From assembly GCA_016215325.1 (NCBI GenBank), contig JACRJV010000003.1:36191-100190 (forward strand): a DNA stretch of 64,000 nucleotides. The letters are read 5' to 3'. Source of the DNA: Candidatus Uhrbacteria bacterium. Its GTDB lineage: Bacteria > Patescibacteriota > Patescibacteriia > JACRJV01. Positions 48,501 to 54,718 of the stretch are shown piece after piece (the stretch's first letter is position 1; each line of letters starts with the position of its first letter). Both the position numbers and the translations under genes were made by a program. The notes under the pieces were generated by a model, which saw nothing but the letters and a program-made list of their open reading frames with translations, ran no database searches and was not told the DNA's origin.

Positions 48501-49894
48501 GTGACGGCTCCATGATCTGGATCAAGAGTGCAGACCGCTGGACGAATTGTAGTGTTGGAGGTAAAGGGCCGGACGTTGCTCGTCCCCGCGCTGGTTGTCA
48601 CCGTAACGGGATAGGATCCCAGCTTGAGCGTCGGCGGCGCTTGCGCAATGATTTCGTTATTGGACCATCGCGAACATCCTAAGCCCGCAGGAAGATCGCC
48701 AAACTTGACAATGCTGGTATCCTGCGAACGGCCAAAATTCTTCCCTGTGATCGTAACATAGGTATTTGCATAACTGGCAGCGATCCCGTTATCCGGCGTA
48801 ATGGCGGTGATGATGGGTTTGCCTTCCACGCAAATGCCGCCGACACAATATCGTGAAGCGCAGTCATAATTAAACCGGCATTCGGCCCCTAACGGAAGCC
48901 CGGGTGTTGGTGTAAATGTCCACGCATAGGTGCACGAAAGCGCCTTGGGCGGATCAAACGTGACGGTAATGGGGTCCAACATTGTCCCATTGCCATCCGT
49001 GTCATACAACCGCACCTGCAACTTGGCCGTTTGGCCGACTTTCTTGCCAATCGTACTCCAGGTGATGGTAAGCACGCCGTTGGCCGAAGGGTCGAATGCG
49101 CTCCATGCGACAGGAGAGCCGTCCGACAGCAACACCCCATGCGAAATCGCGCGATCATCCGTAGCGCCCACCAGCACGATCACTTGGTCATTGGCAGACA
49201 CATGGCTGCCGTCCCGCGGCGTTATCCACGAGCCCGTTGGTGCGATCGTATCGATCCCGGTGCCAATACTGATTTCGCGTTCACACGGGTGTTGATTGGA
49301 ACAACTCAAACTCGCCCCCGAACGATTGCGGATATCTGCCCCCTTAAGCGCAATGCCCACACGAGCGTTGTCCGAAAAGCACCCTTGCTTAGGGGAAGCC
49401 GCACAGGAGGCTGCGGGGTGAAACTCCATCCACGAAACCGCCGCATTCGCGTCCGTCGGAGCGAGCGCCCATGCGCCCGGCAGTAACGCATTGTTCACTG
49501 TGACACTGGCCAATGTACCAAAGTCACGCACACTTGCCTCATTCAGTGGCTGTGAAAAGAATAAACGAATTGCTGCATTGGACGGCGCTGCCGTTATGGC
49601 AGGCGTTATCGCCGACAAATAAAATGTTCCAACCGGCGGCAACACTGTTTGGGGCAGGATCGGCGTGACCGTTATCGTTGGTTGCGGTCGCGTGAGCCAC
49701 CAACCGAATGTAAGAGAAATTAACAGCCCCACCACTGTTATGGCTCCAGATACCGTCATTTTCCGTACTGAATTGACACCCGTCGGATCGATTGTTTCGC
49801 TGCTCTTCTCTCTCCACGCAACAACAAATGCGCCGGCGCCGACGAGCGTAGAAATAATCGCAAGAGATTCGATGAACCAAAGGAAGATTCTCAT
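39587..49894 (-). CDS. Giant (3435 aa) membrane-anchored Cys-rich surface protein: Ig-like, 4 IPT/TIG, Cys repeats, Myxococcus-type disulfide repeats, 9 FN3, 2 CARDB-like, pilin-like C-terminal domain
   Basis: Uninterrupted 10.3-kb ORF; two N-terminal TMs; VTITGKNFG, GEQCDDGN..GDGC, YHYRILAYN, LPDL..ESDEENN motifs. Confidence 0.9.
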   Translation of the reverse strand: MRIFLWFIESLAIISTLVGAGAFVVAWREKSSETIDPTGVNSVRKMTVSGAITVVGLLISLTFGWWLTRPQPTITVTPILPQTVLPPVGTFYLSAITPAITAAPSNAAIRLFFSQPLNEASVRDFGTLASVTVNNALLPGAWALAPTDANAAVSWMEFHPAASCAASPKQGCFSDNARVGIALKGADIRNRSGASLSCSNQHPCEREISIGTGIDTIAPTGSWITPRDGSHVSANDQVIVLVGATDDRAISHGVLLSDGSPVAWSAFDPSANGVLTITWSTIGKKVGQTAKLQVRLYDTDGNGTMLDPITVTFDPPKALSCTYAWTFTPTPGLPLGAECRFNYDCASRYCVGGICVEGKPIITAITPDNGIAASYANTYVTITGKNFGRSQDTSIVKFGDLPAGLGCSRWSNNEIIAQAPPTLKLGSYPVTVTTSAGTSNVRPFTSNTTIRPAVCTLDPDHGAVTDPVALRGDNLGDTRQDSVVKFIGIPVEKYGSWSDASAEVEVPNRSRTGYVLATVVKNQSNPVTFTMDPFIDHLSPDRGPEGGWMTIIGGNFGYVPGKVIFEGDPKDPTDDAQAILPEECAGSAWSDRWVIVQIPKGAKNGLVRLTTAPTTPAGALTTKPQQSGAFTLTQDPIGPGLCRLIPSYGLTGDSIVARGVRFGKASDARGVTLGRLDARYQSWTPESVRWRVPDSAESDDVVLRTVIHYNIRQECRWVTFRGVCPWGLKTVSDQAEVASNGLPFDILTSRDLQCSVDADCPFGRCVNGRCQSADNGQECRADSDCRPGFICDLRSGQCRPPGCDSNDDCRDGEICNTLLNICVPLCSTDVDCPYGMQCIDGSCRPPQCRSDVDCQNGQTCDPVTNTCVGGHCTNLRRDADETNVDCGGADCRSCGGLGGGHCANGIQDADETGIDCGGADCQVCNVVDCPLERPVLIGDQCYGEECGDGTVQSARGEQCDDGNTSDGDGCSGSCQLEDAKLCGNNRVDPGEQCDAGGQNGKSGVGCTNTCQRTEGQETVPYPPDLAATDGSSRIAVDWVPNPYGPQPIGFTLYRSTQPILDAPVSLPTVSCGNNASNANNEFCRVSQFEGNIRHYNDGAIKPNTLYHYRILGYNDAGDSALSNAGSAKTCSTCGHTGAEPFPPTLTATDGVTATIIQWDPNSQGPQPTGYRLYRSRSQIPDEPALPLPTVSCGTSQENASDAFCLASGALAAGDREYRDRAVTSNVLYHYRILGIGADGDSALSNPASAKACPTCGKDGTRPFPPVLSATEGAGSVHLVWQSNSNGAAPKGYRLYRSTQAIPDEVENLPTVSCGTDSASASAAFCFVSRFEESAQDYSDQAVVVGTIYHYRILAFNDAGDSPSSNNAFAKATIGTGPSCGNGDIDSGEQCDDGNTSNGDGCSAQCELENPQLCGNNAINPGEQCDDGNRNNGDGCDATCQYEDGGSGAPFAPQDLTATNSPLNAAALTLSWSVSPAGARPTGFRLYRSRQAIPDAPTSLPTDSCGANASTASDAFCLVPATIAEDAETAVDGAVKPDTVYHYRILAYNGVGDSPLSNPASASMCTTCNSVPGIPRNLAAAPADENIRITWQPPLSAGSSPIDQYTVYRKVGNAGEQVFYRNVDNAAALLLDDANLENGTVYCYAVSAVNGHGEGEVTDQRCATPTASGVVPGMPRNVVADGLDRRIVLTWEAPASAGTTAIGKYTVYRREGNDGALIYLKDVTTLTNLRLEDSGLANGRVYCYAVSAHNQQGEGVAASEECATPTAVGEVPGVPRTLTVQGLVEHATIRWQAPASSGTGAILGFRIYRRNGNGGSFAFLRQVSETVIDDEGLAPGSVMCYQVAAYNAMGEGEATIEECATVIGMAPFKPDDLSATDDGQAVEVRWLPNTEGAPFDEYRLYRSRQPIPDELATLPTTSCGAQGSAAGDQLCLVGVFDRSQTRYGDDAVRSNLLYHYRILAYNEWGLSPLSDPASGKICPDCEHDGTEPYRPNLSAWADDGTIALEWSPHPSGPGVLGFRLYRDDSVIADEPELPLPTNPCPTTPGSGSGAFCLVATFVNPMERDYRDRTVQQDVPYHYRILAYNAVGDSELSNNASATMEIGPGPKLLDHVNIIVDPGPDTPATSDSFACGGTRCADDRGSDPGVQHRWSAQACSADGDCRLDASFEWAVGQGSSGVAGVQLSNHQRQSTNQGDDLFATPVDNGSFDVTVIARQINGRSARKTMRVTVALPLVRSVEIFDSQNRPFPTGGRDEYARDGQAQHQYRIRVYDIATPTSDEQRDAHEIEAALDWWIGSFTNLAFEVNGDRADSQIRVNSLPEIAIAHNYPEGYLGISAWGLPGFSSAGSSVNNWITLAYAGIDQGPRLPDLTIESLSALTCDGASANLPVCSGMIRRTHYGQVVIKNQGSIAAMRDFPVSIYWNNKLLWLDTWPRQEPKRMDPGATLTLQFILPSDINVNQPNALRVVLDSLDQDTEVFPDSSSEYVVTQIRGNPSYRDNMIQESDEENNGRQVIVGRNLPDLAFTASPFERFEEGGIWKLKFRAINLGPGVVTQNFAALLYENGIFKESTFATPIPGGSGVIPPLDSPLDPDAVVDVVFQDPTQSLATYRSVRLDLDGLRSVEETDETNNSLTIGLGGEVKRLDLIAPQSLGMLRQLRLQRATTADEELPLTNIYSDSFLCAGRDTCPDDMDGPANTVCPDPAAADYWQAMSRLINYSASDPFAQWENCYYGLKGRTGVQHRYLLQAYADQEGTQPLWLDVRAEVIPSNPRLDTLLTLSDLSGTPANMLNKQLGFYQRLEPKPSTSAQWTVLPNSIHASNRLSGVYVTANGDAGTSTIRFTAEGDGVYAQGGTSATRSLNVEVFPCEHPWPSQVGAFPFDDTRDYANRFLFNQYDATMHLRSGNFSRIPGEQSINGQYQSFSIGYCRDGVPLEEVRSDAFSCVGDRCSDDDDPATAGNQHLFKVEGYDQNGTQIKTGLTYTWASSDGNNNIVRIHSGQDEPGLGSEQLAISSVGNGTANITVTVGQGTLSRTMVMPVSVTWLRQGSGLNVPVAPISQSIEPRYRIADNEGASGILSSIKVYAMPKLLPDLRLQSVELPRLRTPASQRLKQFYFREPGAPDLIALTVMQNGQQFSAARWYLESNAVVNPRADRASVSSIDCQNRRTYAPTLPEGEDCVDGIQEGDTWYYTMARLRDDDVLDNTVVGSDGMTARSRYKQLFTNVYLLSITKDARKEMQSVVPQLLNRWKFALNIDDPGVRTALKRDVRRASDLRDLEVRLKNYATQNSKFPELTAGTFIRGLSYSTWPSWQETLKENLDGGPRIASDPLNYFVGCNRPHDPQTCWDEAAKNFQCPSAGNARAYVYSAKGPNNVPSIADGYLGTFFEVWPSSRPGFSRDREIGDPFSALTPGPFVNGVASNVAKSIGANGCNANLLRLNKP

Positions 49895-49904
49895 GAATGA
49901 TCTA

Positions 49905-49992
49905 ATAATTTATTCATTTCTTAGTTTATTGTGTCGCGCCCGATCAATACATTAATAAACCAATAAATGAGTAAACAATTAAACCAATAAAT
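49905..49992. repeat. 8-nt-unit palindromic element between the Ig-like gene and the giant gene
   Basis: TTATTCAT TTCTTAGT TTATTG ... TAAACCAA TAAATGAG TAAACAAT TAAACCAA. Confidence 0.72.
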
Positions 49993-49995
49993 ATG

Positions 49996-51471
49996 TTATG
50001 GTCCTTCGCATTGCGCAAAACAATTTTGGTAAATATCTTCAACATCGGATGAAATGAGCCCCTGCAGAACCGCTGCTGCCGCAAAAGGCGCATGGGTTAT
50101 CGATATGGTTGATTGCTGTGCGGTGAAGTTTGTCCCCACCCGCGCTCGCCACGCTCCATCGCCTCCGAGACGAACACTGCGGCGATCAACCGATCCCGCG
50201 CGCAGAATGGTCGAAAAACGAGCGTTCACCGGCGTGTTGGGATCAATGCCGCTAGAATCAGGGCTGGGCTGGACTTCCACGATCCGCGGAGTCGATTGGT
50301 TGAGTTGTTGCCCTGTTGAATAGGAGACTAATGCTTTTGATTGCGCTGGCAGGAGGTTGCCCTGAAAATCTCGCACACCAACACGGGGGTAACTATTGGG
50401 GTCGACAGCGCGCACCCACACGCTCACAGCGCCGACAAACGGGAAGCAGCGCACATCCCGCCGGCATTGATTTTGCCCACACCTTCCGGCCGGGAAGAAT
50501 TCCGTCAAGCGCTCACCCTCGGCGACCGTCCATTGGCCCTCTGATGCGGTCTTGCCGACCCGCACCTCCAACCCGCTTTCAAAACTCAAGGGGTCAATCA
50601 TCGTATTCCAGGCCAATTGAATGCCCGCGTTGGCGGCCACATTGGTCGACCCCGATCGAGGGAATGTTTCCCCAAGCATGGGAGGATTACGATTCTCCGA
50701 CTGGCCCACCGTAAACGACCATCGATAGACACCCTCGGCGCCAAACAATGGCTGGCCGTCTGCAGTGCGCAATCCTTTCAACTCAACAAATATCTTGGTC
50801 TCCCGTGCACCGGTACTCAAATTTTTCAGCGGGTCCAAGGCAAACACCGTGGCAGCGCTATTGGACCTGGCGCGCGCAGCGACCAACGGTCCGGGGCTGG
50901 CGATACTCCCCCCTTGCCAGATGCGGACAAAACGATCAGAAGCGAGATCATCTGCGAGATCCGATGTGGTTCGGTCGTCAATAATTGTTTTCCGATCCAT
51001 CGATTGATCAAACCACAAGTAAAGAGAAGAATTGGAAGGAATTGAACTTGCGTCTCGTTCAGGCCAATGCCGATCGATTGTCAATATCTTCACCGCGCCC
51101 ACGGACTGTGATCGTTCAATATTAGCGGGTGCGCTCGTGAGAGGCCGTGATACCCGCCAAAGCGCGGCAATCACTGTTGCCGCGATCATCACGGCGCTTG
51201 CAATAGACCAGATAATGACGGGTTGCATTGATCGCTGCTGTTCGACCCCGCTGCCGTCGACCGGCACCGCACGGTAGTAGCTCCACTCCTGCGCCGCTTT
51301 TATGATGCATCCCACCGCAATAATGCCAAAAACCATTGCCAATATAATAGCAATGGTTGGGCGCACATACACGGCCGTTTGTGCCAATACAGGCAACGGC
51401 ATCAGCAATGCGACAATTGCGATCACTCGAGTTCGAACGTTCACAGACGATCGTTGGTACAAAGGGGACAA
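49996..51471 (-). CDS. Membrane-anchored protein with ~3 Ig-like (Big_5-type) domains and a pilin-like N-terminus; start uncertain
   Basis: Signal-like PVLA/Q, two TMs, repeated P..(N/D)....F/W...D Ig signature, CGQNQC..C, DIYQNC. Confidence 0.75.
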   Translation of the reverse strand: MSPLYQRSSVNVRTRVIAIVALLMPLPVLAQTAVYVRPTIAIILAMVFGIIAVGCIIKAAQEWSYYRAVPVDGSGVEQQRSMQPVIIWSIASAVMIAATVIAALWRVSRPLTSAPANIERSQSVGAVKILTIDRHWPERDASSIPSNSSLYLWFDQSMDRKTIIDDRTTSDLADDLASDRFVRIWQGGSIASPGPLVAARARSNSAATVFALDPLKNLSTGARETKIFVELKGLRTADGQPLFGAEGVYRWSFTVGQSENRNPPMLGETFPRSGSTNVAANAGIQLAWNTMIDPLSFESGLEVRVGKTASEGQWTVAEGERLTEFFPAGRCGQNQCRRDVRCFPFVGAVSVWVRAVDPNSYPRVGVRDFQGNLLPAQSKALVSYSTGQQLNQSTPRIVEVQPSPDSSGIDPNTPVNARFSTILRAGSVDRRSVRLGGDGAWRARVGTNFTAQQSTISITHAPFAAAAVLQGLISSDVEDIYQNCFAQCEGP

Positions 51472-51525
51472 GCACCGATTGCACCACGCAAATCCGCACC
51501 ATCCGTAGTCGTGGTCGACAGTCGA

Positions 51526-51765
51526 TCAACGCGAAAATTTACGTTTCTTGGGTTCTGGCAATTTTCCAATCCGGGCCAGATATTCATTGTGGCTGACAAC
51601 ATCGTTCCGACGCAACGCTGACTCTCGCTGTTGTGCTTTGCTTTTTGGACTTTTGTAAAAACGGATCTTCCGCGCTTCGATCAACCGTCCGCTTTGGATG
51701 AGAACACGGTTAAACCGTCGCAAGAATCCTTCGAACGCTTCTCCTTTTTTTCGTTTGACGAGCAT
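51526..51765 (-). CDS. rpsU: 30S ribosomal protein S21
   Basis: VKRKKGE..E..LRRF, RFYKSPKS; perfect SD AAGGAGGTGA at 51771-51780. Confidence 0.85.
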   Translation of the reverse strand: MLVKRKKGEAFEGFLRRFNRVLIQSGRLIEARKIRFYKSPKSKAQQRESALRRNDVVSHNEYLARIGKLPEPKKRKFSR

Positions 51766-51788
51766 ACTAATCACCTCCTTCAAAATTC

Positions 51789-51864
51789 ATTGCAAATTTT
51801 ATATTTGAGATTTCAGATTATCCATTATTAATGAATCTGCAATCGGCAATCTAAAATCTGCAAT
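51789..51864. repeat. 7-nt-unit palindromic element, copy B
   Basis: CAAATTTTATATTTGAGATTTCAGATT-14 nt-AATCTGCAATCGGCAATCTAAAATCTGCAAT. Confidence 0.82.
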
Positions 51865-51866
51865 AA

Positions 51867-52190
51867 TCAAACATTTCCAATGTTCCCGCTTAACAAATGA
51901 ATATGCAAATGATCAACGATTTGACCGGCTCCTCGGCCAGTGTTAATGACCGTTTTATATCCCGCTTCTACTAATCCCAACGTGCGCGCCACCATCTGCA
52001 CCGTCGATAAACCGGACTCTAGCAGTGCTTGATCCATTGCCTGTTCCAAGCTCTCGATGTGTGTTTTACTCACGAGCAACACGTGCGTCTTGGCTTTGGG
52101 ATGAATGTCATCAATGGCGATCCACATCTCATTTTGCCATCGAATCGTCGCCCCTAGGGATCCATCGATAATTCTACAAAAGATGCACAT
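51867..52190 (-). CDS. HIT (histidine triad) family hydrolase
   Basis: CIFCRI, DIHPKAKTHVL, GQIVDHLHIHL. Confidence 0.93.
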   Translation of the reverse strand: MCIFCRIIDGSLGATIRWQNEMWIAIDDIHPKAKTHVLLVSKTHIESLEQAMDQALLESGLSTVQMVARTLGLVEAGYKTVINTGRGAGQIVDHLHIHLLSGNIGNV

Positions 52191-52211
52191 ATTGTATAGG
52201 CCGTAGAGATC

Positions 52212-53600
52212 CTATGGGACCGATTGTTGTCCCTCCAATTTCTTCCGCAACACTTCAACGACCTTTTTCCGATCAATAATTTCCTGAACTCCGCCCTCCA
52301 TGTCCCGAATAAGCAGCGTGCCATCTAATACTTCCTTCTGCCCGAGGATGACGGTATAGAGCACGCCCAGGCGATTCGCACGCTCTAACTGCCCTTTGAG
52401 CCCATCCTTCGAAAATTGTTCTGCCACCGCAATGCCATCATTGCGTAGTCGTTCAACGATCCCGAGACCTTGCCGGCGGGCCTGTTCCCCGAGCTGCGCA
52501 AAGAATATTTTAACCCCCTTGCCATTTGCGCTTTGTTCGCCAGCCGATTTCTCTTTGAGCGCATTCACGATGCGATCAACACCCAACGAGAACCCGACTG
52601 CTGGCGTCGGTCGACCACCCAACAATTCCACCAAGCCGTCATATCGCCCGCCTCCACCCAATGCATCTTGCCGACCTTCTTGGTTAGGCAGATACAGTTC
52701 AAATACAGTCTTCGTGTAATAGTCAAGACCGCGCACGAGCGATGGCGTGAGCTCGTAACTTATTTCCAACTCATCGCAATATTCAAGGACGCGAACAAAA
52801 TGTTCTTTGCATTCCGGACAGAGGCTGTCCACAATTTGGGGAGCCTCTTCTTTGAGCGGAGTGCATTGCTCTTCTTTGCAGTCCAACAGTCGCAGCGGGT
52901 TGCGCACAAGGCGACGTTTGCAGTCCTCGCACAAACGGGAACGACGACCGCGGTAGTAGGCAACCAATTGTTCAATATATTTTGGCCGACACACTGGGCA
53001 GCCGGTAGAGTTAATATTCATCGTGGGTATTAACCCGACCCGTCGCAAGATCGCCACGGCCGCCCCAGCCAGTTGAGCATCAATGACCGGATGTTGATCG
53101 CCGAGCGCTTCGCCGCCAATTTGGAAAAACTGTCGGTATCGTCCTGCTTGCGGACGGTCATGCCGGAACATCGGCCCCCAATACCAGACGCGAACCGGTT
53201 GGGGTAATGAGATCATCCCATGACGGATGTATGCACGCGCGACCGATGCGGTTGCTTCGGGCCGCAACGCCACACGCGCTCCACCGGGATCTTCAAATGC
53301 GTACATCTCCTTCTCAATAACATCCGTGACCTTTCCAATAGAGCGCTGGAACAAACTCACCTCTTCCAAAATCGGCGTTTCAATTCGATCGAATTCGCGA
53401 ACATCAAACTCTTGGACACTCGCATCATAGAGCCGTCGCCAAAACGCTTGCTCGGATGGGAGAACATCACGCATCCCGCGCACAAGCTGCGGACCGCCAC
53501 CCGTGGGAGCTGCCACAACAGCAGCATTGGCGGACGCCACCGCTGCAAACGGTGCTGTTGATACACGCTTTTGATGTTTAGGCGCCCGGTTTGAACTCAT
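52212..53600 (-). CDS. hisS: Histidine--tRNA ligase
   Basis: RGMRD, LRPEATA, RPQAGRYRQF, LVRGLDYY, GGGRYD. Confidence 0.97.
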   Translation of the reverse strand: MSSNRAPKHQKRVSTAPFAAVASANAAVVAAPTGGGPQLVRGMRDVLPSEQAFWRRLYDASVQEFDVREFDRIETPILEEVSLFQRSIGKVTDVIEKEMYAFEDPGGARVALRPEATASVARAYIRHGMISLPQPVRVWYWGPMFRHDRPQAGRYRQFFQIGGEALGDQHPVIDAQLAGAAVAILRRVGLIPTMNINSTGCPVCRPKYIEQLVAYYRGRRSRLCEDCKRRLVRNPLRLLDCKEEQCTPLKEEAPQIVDSLCPECKEHFVRVLEYCDELEISYELTPSLVRGLDYYTKTVFELYLPNQEGRQDALGGGGRYDGLVELLGGRPTPAVGFSLGVDRIVNALKEKSAGEQSANGKGVKIFFAQLGEQARRQGLGIVERLRNDGIAVAEQFSKDGLKGQLERANRLGVLYTVILGQKEVLDGTLLIRDMEGGVQEIIDRKKVVEVLRKKLEGQQSVP

Positions 53601-54268
53601 AACGGATAGGACGGTGTAGTTACAATAGTAACGCGAGTAAACGGCCAGCCGCGGAAAAAGACCTTGCCCACGATCGCGGTGAATGGAATGGGGCCGAAGT
53701 CTTCCGAATCAAAACTAACATCGCGATTATCTCCCAAAACAAAAAATTGGTTTGACGAAAGCATGTAATCGGATTCATCTTGCGCAAAATATCCACGACC
53801 CGGTGCGATGTAGGGCTCTTGGAGGCGAACGCCCTGCGGGTACTCTTTGTTCTTGATAGTGACGCCATTATCGCTCAACACGACCGTTTCGCCGGGCAAC
53901 CCAATAACCCGCTTAATCAAATAATCGCCTCGGCTGTTGCCACACTGCGCGATCTCACATCGGAACACAATCGTCTCCCCTCGCAGCGGCATCCGACCAC
54001 CGGCCAGCGCCTTGTGACTAACAGGAGATCGCAATCCGTACGTGATTTCATCAATGAGCAAATAATCATTTTCAATATAGTTCGGGTACATTGATGCCCC
54101 TTGAACATAAAATGGCTGAACCAAGAACAACCGAATCGGGACAATCAGGGCGATGGAAATCAAAATAATTTTGACCAACTCCCAGATAAAATTCAATCCT
54201 TCCCGCATTGCGCCCTTTTGTCCGTCCATACCATGTCGATTATGTTCGTTTACGTCAATTGATTCCAC
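53597..54268 (-). CDS. lepB: Signal peptidase I (start uncertain)
   Basis: GASMYP, YLIKRVIGLPGE, GDNR..S.DS. Confidence 0.93.
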   Translation of the reverse strand: MESIDVNEHNRHGMDGQKGAMREGLNFIWELVKIILISIALIVPIRLFLVQPFYVQGASMYPNYIENDYLLIDEITYGLRSPVSHKALAGGRMPLRGETIVFRCEIAQCGNSRGDYLIKRVIGLPGETVVLSDNGVTIKNKEYPQGVRLQEPYIAPGRGYFAQDESDYMLSSNQFFVLGDNRDVSFDSEDFGPIPFTAIVGKVFFRGWPFTRVTIVTTPSYPL

Positions 54269-54272
54269 CCAA

Positions 54273-54346
54273 TGGGTGCATCTGGACTCGAACCAGAGAC
54301 CTCTGTCGTGTGAGGACAGCGCTCTAACCAGCTGAGCTATGCACCC
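54273..54346 (-). tRNA. tRNA-Val(CAC), CCA not encoded
   Basis: GGGTGCA acceptor stem, TAGCTCAGCTGGTTAGAGC D arm, CTGTC-CTCACAC-GACAG anticodon arm, GGTTCGAGTCC T arm. Confidence 0.96.
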
Positions 54347-54427
54347 GTACCAATCCTATCTTTAGTGGCACCGTCAATATCAAAAAGTCTCGTCGAGCAC
54401 TGGTTATCCACTCAACAGATCATCTAA

Positions 54428-54456
54428 AATATAACAGAACTCACCCCAAATAGCAA
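54428..54456 (-). promoter_or_regulatory. sigma70-type promoter for tRNA-Val-lepB-hisS
   Basis: TTGCTA-17 bp-TATATT with TGn extension. Confidence 0.65.
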
Positions 54457-54477
54457 ATCGATTTATCCCTTCTCATT

Positions 54478-54630
54478 GGACGCTCTGGTGCCCGATGGAA
54501 TTTAGCGAGGACTGTCTGATGCGAACCACGACTGGCGGCCGTTGATTGCGGTCGGTGCCGGTCGTGGTGGTACCGATCAACGATCGGGACGCAAGTTCCG
54601 CAGCAAATCCCATCGGGCACCAGAGCGTCC
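54478..54630. other. 153-nt element closed by a perfect 21-bp inverted repeat (structured ncRNA or MITE-like)
   Basis: GGACGCTCTGGTGCCCGATGG / CCATCGGGCACCAGAGCGTCC, plus internal stems. Confidence 0.7.
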
Positions 54631-54640
54631 CCATTTTCAC

Positions 54641-54669
54641 TTGAATCGTCACGTCAAACACCGTATAAT
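54641..54669 (+). promoter_or_regulatory. sigma70-type promoter for LCP-der-pth
   Basis: TTGAAT-17 bp-TATAAT. Confidence 0.7.
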
Positions 54670-54718
54670 AGCTCACAATGCCACACTGGAACAGTGATTG
54701 CCGTGTGGTTCATAAATT

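Noticed and set aside
39685-49955. Many long antisense or alternate-frame ORFs over the giant gene (e.g. 47693-48682, 46208-46969)
   Set aside because: Shadow ORFs of a GC-rich CDS with no motifs; the same applies to those opposite ftsA (36072-36971), fkbH and the AEC gene
54404-54412. DnaA-box-like TTATCCACT near the strand switch
   Set aside because: Single mismatched box, with no cluster or dnaA; insufficient for oriC
54565-54605. Resemblance to the c-di-GMP-I riboswitch (GGGACGCAA)
   Set aside because: No GNRA loop on the P2-equivalent stem and no P3/tetraloop receptor
54478-54630. Retron msr-msd or hammerhead interpretation
   Set aside because: No reverse transcriptase nearby; CTGATGC is not followed by the hammerhead core (CUGAnGA...GAAA)
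54153-54676. ORFs 54153-54335 and 54473-54676
   Set aside because: They overlap the tRNA and the inverted-repeat element or promoter; no coding signal
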